Source: Octopus sinensis (taxonomy: Eukaryota). From it: a DNA stretch of 64,000 bases. Position numbers and translations under genes: made by a program. The notes under the pieces are model-generated. The model was not told where the DNA came from. It did not search any database and saw only the letters and a list, made by a program, of their open reading frames with translations. Location of the stretch: contig NC_042997.1 of assembly GCF_006345805.1 (NCBI RefSeq), positions 194,308,001 through 194,372,000 of the forward strand, in the 5' to 3' direction. Positions within the stretch are counted from its first letter, which is position 1. Each line of letters opens with the position of its first letter. Below are positions 24,143-37,008 of the stretch, piece after piece.

Positions 24143-26049
24143 CTTTAGATATAACCCACCACCAGCAACACCATCATCATCATCAATAGCAGCAAGTTTT
24201 AATGATTTACAATTGTTTTTTTTTTTTAATATCTTCTAAAATCAATCTTCAAGCAAAGGTGCAATGGCTTAGTTGTTGGAGGTATTCAGCTCATGATTAA
24301 GGTTGGGAGTTCAATTCCCAGCAGTGCAGTGTATCCTTGAATCCATTCAGCAGGTAAAAATGAGCTGTGCCTGTATTTCGATGGGCCAGCCTTGAGAAAA
24401 TCTTTATCATGTTGAACCTTCCCAAGAAATATGCCATGGATATGCATGTCTGCAGAGTGCTCAACCACTTGCACATTCATTTCATGAGCAGGCTGTTCCG
24501 TTGATCAGCTCAACTGGAACCATTGTTACAGTAACCAAACAGAATGGCAGACAATCTTCTTTCTTGAAAAGGTCATGAGTAAACAAACGAACATCAGTTG
24601 TCAAGCAGGCAGAGAGAGACAAACACACACACACACTTATGGACACACACTACATACATACAAATAGATAAATACACATACATACACACAAGCACATATT
24701 ACATTCTTGTATACTCATATACATACATATACGTAGGTACACACATACATGTATGCTCACACATATACGTACATCTATACATGTATACACACATGTACAC
24801 ATGCATACACACATGTACACGTACATGTGCACAAATACATGTACAAACACACACATACATAAACATATACACACACATACGCACACACACAGACACACGC
24901 ACACAGACACACGCACACAGACACGCACACACACACACATACACACGCGCGCGTAGACATAGACACACACACAATGGGTCTTCATGCCAAATTTCCTCCC
25001 AAGGCACTGATCAGCCCGGGGTTATAATAAAAGACGGCCAAGGTGTCACATAGGGAAGACTGAACCCAAAATATGTGGTTGCAAAGTGAGTTTCTTAACC
25101 ATATAGCCATGCCTGTGCCTATATTCCCAATAGATATGTTATCAATAACAATAATACTGTCTGACAATCAATTACAGATGCAGCATCAATCTTTTACAGC
25201 CAATAGTATCAAAAGGCGGTTTCCAACACGATCTGTCTCGTTAATGTGGGTTACGGTAGGGTAAACAAGGGAGATAAATCCAACAAACTTAGAGTTGCCT
25301 TCCTTCGACAGACAAACGAAAATAGACAGTGGTGAATATATTGGGTTGTCCGGGAAGTTCGTGCCGATTTATAGTAGCTTACCTTTCGGCTTATTTTAGA
25401 ACATGGTTGAGTCCATAAGATAGGATTTGACTACACCTCCATTTAGAGCACAGTTTAAGCTATCTTTTCGCGGAAGAAGATTTATGTTCCTATAACCTGT
25501 GTTAATTCTGTAACCCTTTAAAATGGAAGGTAAGAAAGTTCATTTTCGGCACTTGATGCTTTCTGAGTATCACTTTTAGTCGAGCACATCGACCCCAGGA
25601 CTTATTCTTTGTAAGCCTAGTACTTATTTTATCAGTCTCTTTTGCCGAATCTTTAAGTTACGGGGACGTAAACACACCAGCATCAGTTGTTAAGCGATGT
25701 TGGGGGAGACAAACACAGACACACAAACGTACACACGCACGCGCACACACACACACACACACATATATACACACACACAGACACACATATATATATACAA
25801 TGGGCTTCTTTCTGTTTCCGCCTACCAAATCCACTCACAAGGCTTTGGTCGGCCCGAGGCTATAGTAGAAGACACTTGCCCAAGGTGCCACGCAGTGGGA
25901 CTGATCCCAGAACCATGTGGTTGGCAAGCAAGCTACTTACCACGCAGTCACTCCTGCACCTTAGATAAAGAACATTTCACAGAAGGGAAAGAAAAAAAAA
26001 CATTGCGACACATTAACCAAGCAGTTGATGAGGAGAGAAAACTACTTAC

Positions 26050-26163
26050 ACATTGAGGGAATTTGAGGGGTAGATACGTCACACAATCTTGTTTCCTGTT
26101 ACAAAACTCTGGCACATCAGTGAGAGCAACACCATTTCCATCGTCCCAAATGTACATAGCAAG
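26050..26163 (-). CDS. B3GLCT: B3GLCT coding exon 8 (LAMYIWDDGNGVALTDVPEFCNRKQDCVTYLPLKFPQC)
   Basis: Resembles human [21 protein letters not shown] (recalled); AAG/GTAAGT boundaries; 114 nt, phase 0/0. Confidence 0.95.
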
Positions 26164-27383
26164 CTTAAAATAGAAGAAAATATTTTAGTTAAGTCATTAC
26201 ACATTACACCAGAATTACAAAGGAATGACATAATTGAGTGTGGATGTTTGGACGCTGACAGTCTGGTACGGCTGACTGGACATTAAGCCAGTTTTGGTGA
26301 CAGTACAGAAAAATACTCTCTTACTCATTACTCTTTTACTTGTTTCAGTCATTTGACTATGGCCATGCTGGAGCACCGCCTTTAGTCGAGCAAATCGACC
26401 CCGGGACTTATTCTTTGTAAGCCCAGTACTTATTCTATCGGTCTCTTTTTTGCCGAACTGCTAAGTGACTGGGACGTAAACACACCAGCATCGGTTGTCA
26501 AGCAATATTGGGGGACAAACACAGACACACAAACATTATACACACACATACATATATACATATATACGACGGGCTTCTTTCAGCTTCCGTCTACCAAATC
26601 CACTCACAAGGCTTTGGTCAGCCCGAGGCTATAGTAGAAAACACTTGCCCAAGATGCTACACAGTGGGACTGAACCCGGAACCATGTGGTTGGTAAGCAA
26701 GCTACTTACCACACAGCCACTCCTGCGCCTATAAAAAATACTCATCATCATCATTTAATGTCTGCTTTCCATGCTAGTATGGGTTGGACGATTTGACTGA
26801 AGACTGGCGAACCAGATGGCTGCACCAGGCTCCAATCTGATCTGGCAGAGTTTCTACAGCTGGATGCCCTTCCTAACGCCAACCACTCTGAGAGTGTAGT
26901 GGGTGCTTTTACGTGCCACCAGCACGAGGGCCAGTCAGGCAGTATTGGCAACGGCCACGCTCAAATGGTGTTACTCTAGGAGTATATTCTCTGAGTGTCC
27001 TCATCATCATCATCGTCGTTTAATGTCTGCTTTCCATGCTGGCATGGGTTGGACTGTTTGACTGAGGTCTGGCAAGCCAATAGGCTGCACTAGGCTCCGA
27101 TCAGATCTGGCAATATTTCTACAGCTTGATGCCTTTCCTAACGCCACCCACTCCAAGAGTGTAGTGGGTGCTTTTTATGTGCCACCGGCACAGGAGCCAG
27201 TCAGGCAAGCCTGGCTGAAACAATTAAAAGATAAAAGATAAAATGAAGGGGTGCAAAGAAAGAGCAGTTATGTTCTGATACAAAAATATCTTGCAATGGC
27301 TGCAGTTTTATGGAATTTCTTTGGATATAAAAAAAAAAAAATACAGGTGAGTAACAAATATCGAAAGCAACAGGAATATTTAC

Positions 27384-27447
27384 CTCATGTTTCAGGTCTA
27401 TGGAGAAGTCAGTTCGCATATTGCTGGGTGGCCATCGATAATGTAGA
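27384..27447 (-). CDS. B3GLCT: B3GLCT coding exon 7 (LHYRWPPSNMRTDFSIDLKHE)
   Basis: DFSIDLKHE matches human DFTIDLKHE (recalled); TAG/GTAAA boundaries; 64 nt, phase 2/0. Confidence 0.95.
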
Positions 27448-28671
27448 CTAAAGAATGGAAAAACACAAAATTTTGGTTATTTAAAGATTTTTTGCTACAT
27501 ACAAGGACACAAAATACAGGAAAATTTATTAACCAGAACTGGAAAGATGGAAAGTGCTGGGTTTATAATTTTGATCAGGACCTTCATAATATAAATGAAA
27601 TGATTACAAATAGGTCTGTAATTTGAAATCCAGACTTAATAGAGTCAAGAAGAATGCTTTGCAGTATTTCTTCCAGCTTTTTATGTTCTGAGTTGAAATC
27701 CCACAATGTACAGAGACATAGGAACTAAGGTTAGAGTTAACGATGAGTTTGGTAATAAGATGCTTTAGGGGAATGGCAATTACAGAGGTATCAAAGGCAG
27801 CAAAAATGAGAAAATGTATTTCATCTGTCTTTACGTTCTGAGTTCAAATTCTGCCAAGGTCGACTTTACCTTTCATTCCTTTGGAGTCGATAATTTAAGT
27901 ACCAGTTGCATACTGGGGTCGATATTATTGACTCCCCACCCCCACCTCCTCAAAAATTACAGGCCTAGAGTAGAAAAGAATTACAGGGGTATAAGGTGAC
28001 AAGCTGGCAGAATCTTTAACGCACCGGGCGAAATGCTTAGCAGTATTTCGTCTGCCGTTACATTCTGAGTTCAAATTCCGCCGAGGTCGACATTGCCTTT
28101 CATCCTTTCGGGGTCGATAAATTTAGTACCAATTACGCATTGGGGTCAATGTAATCAACTTAATCCCTTTGTCTGTCCTTGTTTGTCCCCTCTATGTTTA
28201 GCCCCTTGTGGGCAATAAAGAAATAAGAAACGTTAGCATGTCAAGCGAAAATGCAAAAATGCATTTCATCTGTCTTTACATTCTGAGTTCAAATTCTGCC
28301 AAGGTCGGCTTTGTCTTTCATTCTTTTGGGGGTCAATAAATTAAGTACTAGTTGCATACTGAGATCGATATAATCGACTCCCCACCCCTACCTCCCCAAA
28401 AATTTCAGGCCTCGTGTTTAGAGTAGAAAAGAATTACAGGGGTATCAAAGTGTCAGATCAGGTTATGAAAGCTACAGAAAGGGTTCATTACTCAATTGGT
28501 TAAAATGAGGATTAACTTGGGTGTTAATGCACCCAGAACACTGTAAAAGTAATTGATTTTAAGAAGGGAATCAAACTGTAGAAACTAAGATGACAAGCCC
28601 ACCAACTCATCTCGAAGACTAGCACCCTTATATATATGCTAATTCAAAGTGTAGCAACCTATCCAGTTTAT

Positions 28672-28814
28672 TTACATTATTTACATTCGACGGATATTTG
28701 TCCTCATCTTGTTTGTTGTTAACATAACGTTTCAGCTGAATATAACCTCCAGCCTTCTTCAGGTGTCTTGGGGAAATTTCGAACCTGGGTTCTCATTCCT
28801 AAGGTATTTTTCGA

Positions 28815-28845
<31 letters not shown>

Positions 28846-29039
28846 GTTCAGGTCACTGCTTGGAATCGAACTCGGAATCTTGGGGTTAGTAGTCCATGCT
28901 CTTAACCACTGCGCCATATATGCCCGTGGGCATATGGCATAGTGGTTAATGTTGTGTTAACAACAAACATGATGAGGATAAATATCCATCGGATGTATAT
29001 AATGTACATAATTCCTCATCTCTTAAATATAGAACTGTA
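28672..29039. mobile_element. family HH-1 inverted insertion with 13-bp TSD
   Basis: CTATCCAGTTTAT at 28659-28671 and 29040-29052; head-to-head junction at gcccgtgggc; minus-strand hammerhead at 28721-28767. Confidence 0.82.
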
Positions 29040-29181
29040 CTATCCAGTTTATGCCTGCATAGAGAGGAGAGGAGAAGGAAGGAGGATGACAATGACAACA
29101 ACAACAAGATGAAGGCAGTGGCAGGCAGCAAAATACATTGACGTACAATGAAAAATAGAGAGGAGAGCAGCAAAAACTTAC

Positions 29182-29318
29182 CTCTTCACTAAAGGCATGC
29201 TCATTAAAAAGCCAAGTGCCATGTTTGGGTAGGAAAACTGGCTTGGGTTTTCAGCAAAAGCAAAATGATGTATTATTACCGGTGATTCATCCTGGAGAGC
29301 ATTGCCAAGGAATAATGG
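29182..29318 (-). CDS. B3GLCT: B3GLCT coding exon 6 (PLFLGNALQDESPVIIHHFAFAENPSQFSYPNMALGFLMSMPLVK)
   Basis: Resembles human [29 protein letters not shown] (recalled); CAG/GTAAG boundaries; 137 nt, phase 0/2. Not in the ORF track. Confidence 0.95.
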
Positions 29319-29804
29319 CTGAAACAGAAGACAAAGAGACATATATTTTGGAATCGAAATTGAACCAATCCTATGACTGGCACCCGGCAGTTACCAGTGC
29401 CGCTGGACTGACTCCTGTGCAGGTGGCAAGTAAAGAAACACCGTTTCTACCCTGTGCTTGAGGATACTTATTGAGTCAAGTATACCGACATCAAAAATCA
29501 ATGGAAATTGTAGTTGTTATCTCTTGACTGGCTTTCGTGCTGGTGGCACGTAATAGGCACCAATCCGATCATGGCCATTGCCAGCCTTGCCTGGCACCCG
29601 TGCCGGTGGCACGTAAAAAGCACCCACTACACTCACAGAGTGGTTGGCGTTAGGAAGGGCATCCAGTTGTAGAAACTCTGCTAGATCAGACTGGAGTCTG
29701 GTGCAGCCTTCTGGCTTCCCAGATCCCAGTCGAACCGTCCAACCCATACTAGCATGTAGAACAGACGTTAAATGATGATGATGATGATATATGTCATTAA
29801 CAGT

Positions 29805-30120
29805 TTTACAAAGTCAGAAAACAGCACAGCTCCCATGACTTTCGGAAACATTTTTTCACGCTAAGAGTTGCTGAAGTATGGAACAAACTGCCAGCATCAG
29901 TTGTTAGTTGTCGGAGCACTGCATCCTTCAAAACTTCCATGCTTTCTGAGATTCGCCAACACTACACCTGATTTTCTCCCCTCCATACACACGCAAGCAT
30001 GTATCTGACTCATACACTGTTCACTTTCCAGACATTTGTACATTACTGCATATGCTTTATATGCACTTTTGACAAGTTGTGGTGCACCTGAGCACTGTAT
30101 ACAATAATTTCATTATATTA
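29805..30120 (+). mobile_element. 3' end of a second CR1-like LINE family
   Basis: YKVRKQHSSHDFRKHFFTLRVAEVWNKLPASVVSCRSTASFKTSML* (CR1 R-FF-RV-WN-LP motif) plus 3' UTR and (ATT) tail. Confidence 0.88.
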
Positions 30121-30386
30121 TATTATATTCATCATCATCATCATTATCATTAACGTCCACTTTCCATGCTTGTATGGGTGGGACAGTTTCACAAGAGCCT
30201 ATCAGGCAGAAGTCTGGACTAGACTGCCATGACTGTTTTGGCAGGATTTTTACAGCTGAATGCTCTTCCTAACACCAACCACTCAGCAGAGTGGACTTAG
30301 TGCTTTTTCCATGGCACAAGCACAGACAAGGTCAGTTTTGGCAAGGTTTTTACAGCTGGATGCCCTTCTGAACATCAACCACTTTA

Positions 30387-30743
30387 ATACAGTTCTATAT
30401 TTAAGAGAGGTGGAATTATGTACATCATTTACATTATTTACTTTCGACAGATATTTGTCCTCATCTTGTTTGTTGTTAACATAACATATGCCCACAGGCA
30501 TATGGCATAGTGGTTAAGAGCGTGGGCTACTAACCCCAAGATTCCGAGTTTGATTCCAAGCACTGACCTGAAAAATCATAATAATTCTAATAATAATAAG
30601 ATCGAAAAATACCTTGGGAATGAGAACCCAGGTTCGAAATTTCCCCAAGACACCTGAAGAAGGCTGGAGGTTATATCAGCTGAAACGTTATGTTAACAAC
30701 AAACAAGATGAGGACAAATATCCGTCGAATGTAAATAATGTAC
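30387..30743. mobile_element. family HH-1 inverted insertion with 11-bp TSD, inside a SINE-C copy
   Basis: CAACCACTTTA at 30376-30386 and 30744-30754; A box tggcatagtgg 30503-30513, B box gagtttgattcc 30546-30557; hammerhead 30649-30694. Confidence 0.85.
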
Positions 30744-32196
30744 CAACCACTTTACAGTGTGGACTGGGTGCTTTTAAGTGGCACCTGCACTGACAGGGTC
30801 ACTAAGTACTTGCAAGATGAAAAAAAACTAAATTTTGCAAAAGAATATATATCAGTATATCTGTCTTACATTTCTTATTTCTTTATTGCCCACAAGGGGC
30901 TAAACACAGAGGGGACAAACAAAGGGATTAAGTCAATTACATCGACCCCAGTGTGTAACTGGTACTTACTTTATCGACCCCAAAAGGATGAAAGGCAAAG
31001 TCGACCTCAGCAGAATTTGAACTCAGAACGTAGTAGCAGACAAAGTACCTATTTCTTTACTGCCCACAAGGGGCTAAACATAGAGGGGACAAACAAGGAC
31101 AGACAAAGGGATTAAGTCGATTAGATCAACCCCAGTGCATAACTGGTACTTATTTAATCAACCCTGAAAGGATGAAAGGCAAAGTCGACCTCGGCGGAAT
31201 TTGAACTCAGAATGTAGCGACAGACAAAACACTGCTAAGCATTTCACCTAGCGCACTAACGTTTCTGCCAGCTCGCCACCTTAATTCTATATTCTTCTTA
31301 ATTCTTTTTTTCTATTCTATAAACCTTGTAGTACAAATAGATTTCTGATCTACTTCAATGCAATGTAAATCAATACAGTACTAAAACTACTTAAAGGATA
31401 ATACAAAACCAAGCAATTTATAAGCTTAAGTTACTGAGGCAGATTGTAATAAAATAGGCATCAAAGCAAAAGAAAAAAAATCAAAGCAGATACATACACA
31501 CACATTCACACATGTAAACGCAGACATGTTTACATATGTCATACACATACACCCAGCCAAGCTGTCACCACACACACACACACACACACACAGATGGTAC
31601 AGGTGTCAAACACATGTACCAAGCAGACACTTTGCTATTAGTAAGACAGTGGGAAGGAGGAAGGAAATAGCATCCATGAATATCTTGTGCGTTCCTGTCA
31701 CAATCTGAACCTGATGCATGCTTAAGTGCAAGAAAGCATACTAGTTCAATGAGAATAGACATTTGATATTTGATTTTCAATATTTCATTCGTTCAATAAG
31801 ACAATCAATACTTCATTTCATTTCTTTCTTGCTATATATTCTATGGCATGTAAAAAGCACCAACCGATTGTGGCTGTTACCAGCCTCACCTGGCACCTGT
31901 GCTGGTGGCACGTAAAAAAGCACCCACTATACTCTCAGAGTGGTTGGCGTTAGGAAGGGCATCCAGCTGTAGAAACACTGCCAAATCAGACTAGAGCCTG
32001 GGGCAGTCTCCTGGCTTCCCAGACCCCAGTTGAACCGTCCAACCCATGCTAACATGGAAAGCGGACGTTAAATGATGATGATGAAGATGATGATATATTA
32101 ATATTATAAGAATATAAATAAAACATAAAAAACAGACAGATTTGGAATTCCTTTGAGTAATATATTCTTCTATATACAATCATATAAACCCCTTTG

Positions 32197-32246
<50 letters not shown>

Positions 32247-33329
32247 CGTGTATACATTTGTGAGTCTGTGTTTGTCCCCCCCCCACCACCACCACCATCA
32301 CTTGACAACCAATGTTGGTGTGTTTACATCCCCATAACTTAGCGGTTTGGTAAAATATACCAATAGGCGAGCTGGTAGAAACGTTAGCATGCTGGGCAAA
32401 ATGCTTAGTGGTATTTCGTCTGTTATGTTCTGAGTTCAAACTCCACTGAGGTCGACTTTGCCTTTCATCCTTTCGTGGACGATAAATAAAGTACCAGTTT
32501 CGCACTGGGGTCGATGTAATTGACTCAATCCGTTTGTCTGTTCTTGTTTGTCCCCTCTGTGTGTAGCCCCTTGTGGGTAGTAAAGAAATATATACCAATA
32601 GGATAAGTACTAGGATCAATTTGTTTGACTAAAGGCGGTGCTCTAGCATGGCCGTAGTCAAACGAGTGAAACAAGTAAAAGAACAAAAGCATATTTACAT
32701 GCATATGAATGTATGTACATGGTGATGATGATGATGATATGCAAACATAAATCAGCTAAAAAAAAATCCACAACATGAGAAGGAAGAATTACAGACAAGT
32801 GAGTCTAGTACATTAATGATTTGTTAACATTACAAAAACGAAACCACAAAAATTGGGTGACAGACAGACAAACAGAGAGAGGGTGGGGAAGACAAAATCA
32901 TTTAATCTGCCTGTCTTCCACCACAATTCTCTACTTCTCACACACTTCTATTTTCTACAGTTCTACAACATTCCAATATTTCACTGAAAGGAATGTCATG
33001 CTGTTCTATCTTCACTTCCTGCTTTCCTCCACATCTTCAATCAAAATACCAAATTCTAACATTACAATGTCTCTGACTAATGACAGCAATAACACATATT
33101 GCTCCCAAGAGACTTCAGGAAGTGATGAAACACAAGTGGTTCTTCCTGCTGAGTGACTGGTGCCAGAGAAATAAGATAACCAAAGTGACAAATCTTAATG
33201 GTGTTAACTGTGGCTGATTTTGTAGAACATTTGTTGAGATGTGAAGATTAAGATTTGAGCGAGTGGTATTCCTTTCACAACCGACAACACTTTCAGCATG
33301 TTTAAGAGATATTCTGTTTCCTCAAACAC

Positions 33330-33780
33330 AAACATACTCACACACACCACACACTCATACACATGCACACACACACACACACACAAACACTCGTACGCAT
33401 GCACACACACACACTTGTACGCATGTATACACTCGTACACATGCACACTCATATGCATGCACACACACACACACATACATACTCATACACATACACACAC
33501 GTGTATGTGTGGATGCACATACACGTGTATATGTGCATCCAGACACATATGCATCCACACACACAAGCATCCACACACACACACGTGCATCCACACACAC
33601 GTGCATCCACACACACACATCCACATGCACACATGCATGCACGCATCCACACATACGCATGCATCTGCATGCACACATGTGCAGATGCATCCACACACAC
33701 AAGCATGCATCCACATACACATCCACACTGGTTGTGCATGCACACACACACTCTTATGCACACACGCGCATGCATTGCAA
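33330..33780. repeat. CA-rich compound microsatellite
   Basis: (CA)n with catgca/catcca interruptions; similar tracts at 24620-24975. Confidence 0.9.
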
Positions 33781-34123
33781 GCATGGCTGTGTGGTTAACA
33801 AGCTTGCTTCCCAACCACGTGTTTTTGAGTTCAATCTCACTATGCAGCATTTTGGGTAAGTGTCTCCCTCTATAGCCCTAGGCCAACCAATAGTCCAGGA
33901 GTGAGTTTGGTAGATAGGAAGTGTGTGGAAGCCTTTTGTACAAGGGGGTTGGGCTATGTATCAATTTGTTTATATCTCCATAACATAGCCCTTCGCAAAG
34001 GGATCGGTAGAATAAATATCACATGGAAATTATTAAGTGTTGGGGGTCAGTTTGGATGACTAAACCCTTGAAGGTGGGTACCCCAGCATGGCCACAATAA
34101 CCGAACCAAGTAAAAGAATAAAA

Positions 34124-34165
<42 letters not shown>

Positions 34166-34727
34166 AGGCACAGAAGTCATGTGTGGTAAGTAGCTTGCTT
34201 ATCCACATGGTTCCAGGTTCAGTCCTACTGTGTGGCACCTCGGGCAAGTATCTTCTACTATAGTCTCAGGCCAACCAAAGCCTTGCGAGTGGATTTGGTA
34301 GACGGAAACTGAAAGAAGCCCATCGCGCGCGCGCGTGTGTGTGTGCCTATATACGAGCAAAACGCCCCCTCCACCCGTCCAATGGACGGTGCTGAGTTGT
34401 CAAACATTTAAACCAAATTTTCTCAAAACAATTTGTCCAACCGTCCCATAGGCCTCCCCTTTGAGAAAAGGTCATTGTGGTTCGCCTTCTTGATCATAAC
34501 ATTCTGCAGTGAGCTGGCAGAATCTTTAGCATGCCAAGCGAAATGCTTAGCGGTGGTATTTCGTCTGTCTTTACATTCTGAGTTCAAATTCTGCCGAAGT
34601 CTGAACTTTCATCCTTTCGGGGTCAATAAATTAAGTACCAGTTGCATACTGGGGTCAATCTAATCAACTCGCCCCTTTCCCAAAAATGTTGGGCCTTGTA
34701 CCTAGAGTAGAGAAGATTCTTCTTTAA

Positions 34728-35186
34728 CCCTTTTGTTACCATATTTCTGTTGAGATGCTCTGTGTTTCTTTCAATTGATTTTAAATATAACAAAGAATTT
34801 AGTAAAATGACTTAGTTATCATTAAGCTAGTTTAAGAAACATAAATTGTGACTAAGGTTTGGTGGAAGATTTTAATTTAAAATTTATGAAAACAAGACAT
34901 TTATACTACAGAGCCAGAGTAGTCACAAAAACCTTAGTCACAATTTATGTTTCTTAAACTAGCTTAATGATAACTAAGTCATTTTACTAAATTCTTTGTT
35001 ATATTTAAAATCACTTGAAAGAAGCACAGAGCATCTCAATAAAAATATGGTAACAAAAGGGTTGAAGAAGAATCTTCTCTACTCTAGGTACAAGGCCCAA
35101 CCTTTTTGGGAAAGGGGCGAGTTGATTAGATTGACCCCTGTATGCAACTGGTACTTAATTTATTGACCGGGTTGGTATCGAAAGGG
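34728..35186. mobile_element. piggyBac-type MITE (TTAA TSD) containing a 240-bp inverted duplication
   Basis: TTAA-CCCTTTTGTTACC...GGTATCGAAAGGG-TTAA; 34929-35168 is the reverse complement of 34621-34860. Confidence 0.85.
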
Positions 35187-35555
35187 TTAAATCTCTCTTG
35201 AGTCTTGCATACATTATCCTGGCCTCTTCAGATGCTTTCACTCCACTCCACACATACATATCTTCATCATTTTAACTCAACTTTTCCATGCTGGCATGGG
35301 TCGGATTGAGGTAGAGTTTTCTATGGCCAAGTTCTATGCCTTTCCCATAACAAGCCCTCACCTGCTTCCAAGTAAGGTAATATTTCTCCATGGCCAAACA
35401 TGCACTGATAGAAAATTGAAAATGAACAACACTGCTTGTATGGCAGTGACATTCACTTACATGTATATTGGTGTGCGCACGCGCACATGTGAAACAAGTA
35501 AAAGAGTAAATATATTTATATAATGCATATAACAACACAGCTGTACAAGACCTAC

Positions 35556-35664
35556 CTTAGATGAATCATATCGCTTCAAAACATCCAACAGCTTAAACAA
35601 GTCCAGACGAACTTCTTCTTCACTTATGAAAACCCAAGAATTATTTGAGAAATTTTCCACAAAG
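35556..35664 (-). CDS. B3GLCT: B3GLCT coding exon 5 (FVENFSNNSWVFISEEEVRLDLFKLLDVLKRYDSSK)
   Basis: Resembles human [29 protein letters not shown] (recalled); TAG/GTAGG boundaries; 109 nt, phase 2/0. Confidence 0.95.
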
Positions 35665-36968
35665 CTAAAAAAACAACAAGAGAGAGAGGGAGAGACATAT
35701 TGTGAAAAACAAAGGGTTTTTCTGGTTTGATAATGATAATTACCTATTTCTTTATTACCCCACAAGGGACTAAACATAGAGGGGACAAACAAGGACAGAC
35801 ATAAGTATTAAGTCAATTACATCGAACCCAGTGCGTAACTGGTACTTAATTTATTGACCCCGAAAGGATGAAAGGCAAAGTCAACCTCAGCAGAATTTGA
35901 ACTCACAGCGTTGCGACAGGCGAAATACCACAAAGCATTTCGCCCGGCACACTAACGTTTCTACCAGCTCGCCGCCTTATAATGATAAATAATTACCATT
36001 AAAGCAAGACATTGGTCTACTGGAGTACATCAGGGTATGTATTAACACCTGAGAATGCAGTCTATCCAATATAGAACTGTCTACCTGTTTTGGGGAGCAA
36101 GCCACATGAGATATGGCTCATCAGACAAACCACAGGTGACATGATACATGAGCAGACCACATGACACATAGTTCATCAGATGATAATATATATATATATA
36201 TATATCATCATCATTATTTAACATCCGTTTTCCATGCTGGCATGGGTTGGAAGGTTTGACTGAAAACTTATAAGCTGGGGCGCTGCACCAGGTACCAATC
36301 TGATTTGGCATGGTTTCTTCAGTTGGATGCCCTCCCTAGCACCAACCACTCCAAGAGCGTAATGGGTGCATTTTATGTACCACCAGTTACAAAACACCAG
36401 CATCAGCCCTGAATATGATCTCACTTGGCTTGACTGGTCTTCTCAAGCATAGTATATTGCCAAAGGTTTCAGCCACTTGTCACTGCCTAGGATTTTTCTC
36501 GAACCGCTAATTCAATAACAGCACAGCATGACCAGCATCCATGATAGTGGAGCCCTAAGAGCACCATCTGAGCATGATCGCTGCCAGGGAAGCTGACTGG
36601 CTTCCGTGCCGGTGGCACATAAAAAGCACCATTCAAGCATGATCGTTACCAGCGTCGCCTTACTGGCACATGAAAAACCATTTGAGTGAGGTCATTGCCA
36701 GGGCCGCTGGACTGGCTCCTGTGCAATGGCACATAAAAAACACCATTTGAGTGTGGACGTTGCCAAAACTGCCTGACTGGCCATCATGCTGGTGGCACCC
36801 ACTACACTCTTGGAGTGGTTGGCGTTAGGAAGAGCATCCAGCTGTAGAAACTCTGCCAGATCAGATTGGAGCCTGGTACAGCCATCTGGTTCGCCAGTCC
36901 TCAGTCAAATTATCCAACCCATGCTAGCATGGAAAGCGGACGTTAAACGATGATGATGATGATGATAT

Positions 36969-37008
<40 letters not shown>

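Noticed and set aside
30497-30570. tRNA gene (also SINE heads at about 1310-1380, 39313-39385 and 42200-42270)
   Set aside because: A/B boxes are present but acceptor and T stems do not pair, and the sequences are heads of dispersed repeats.
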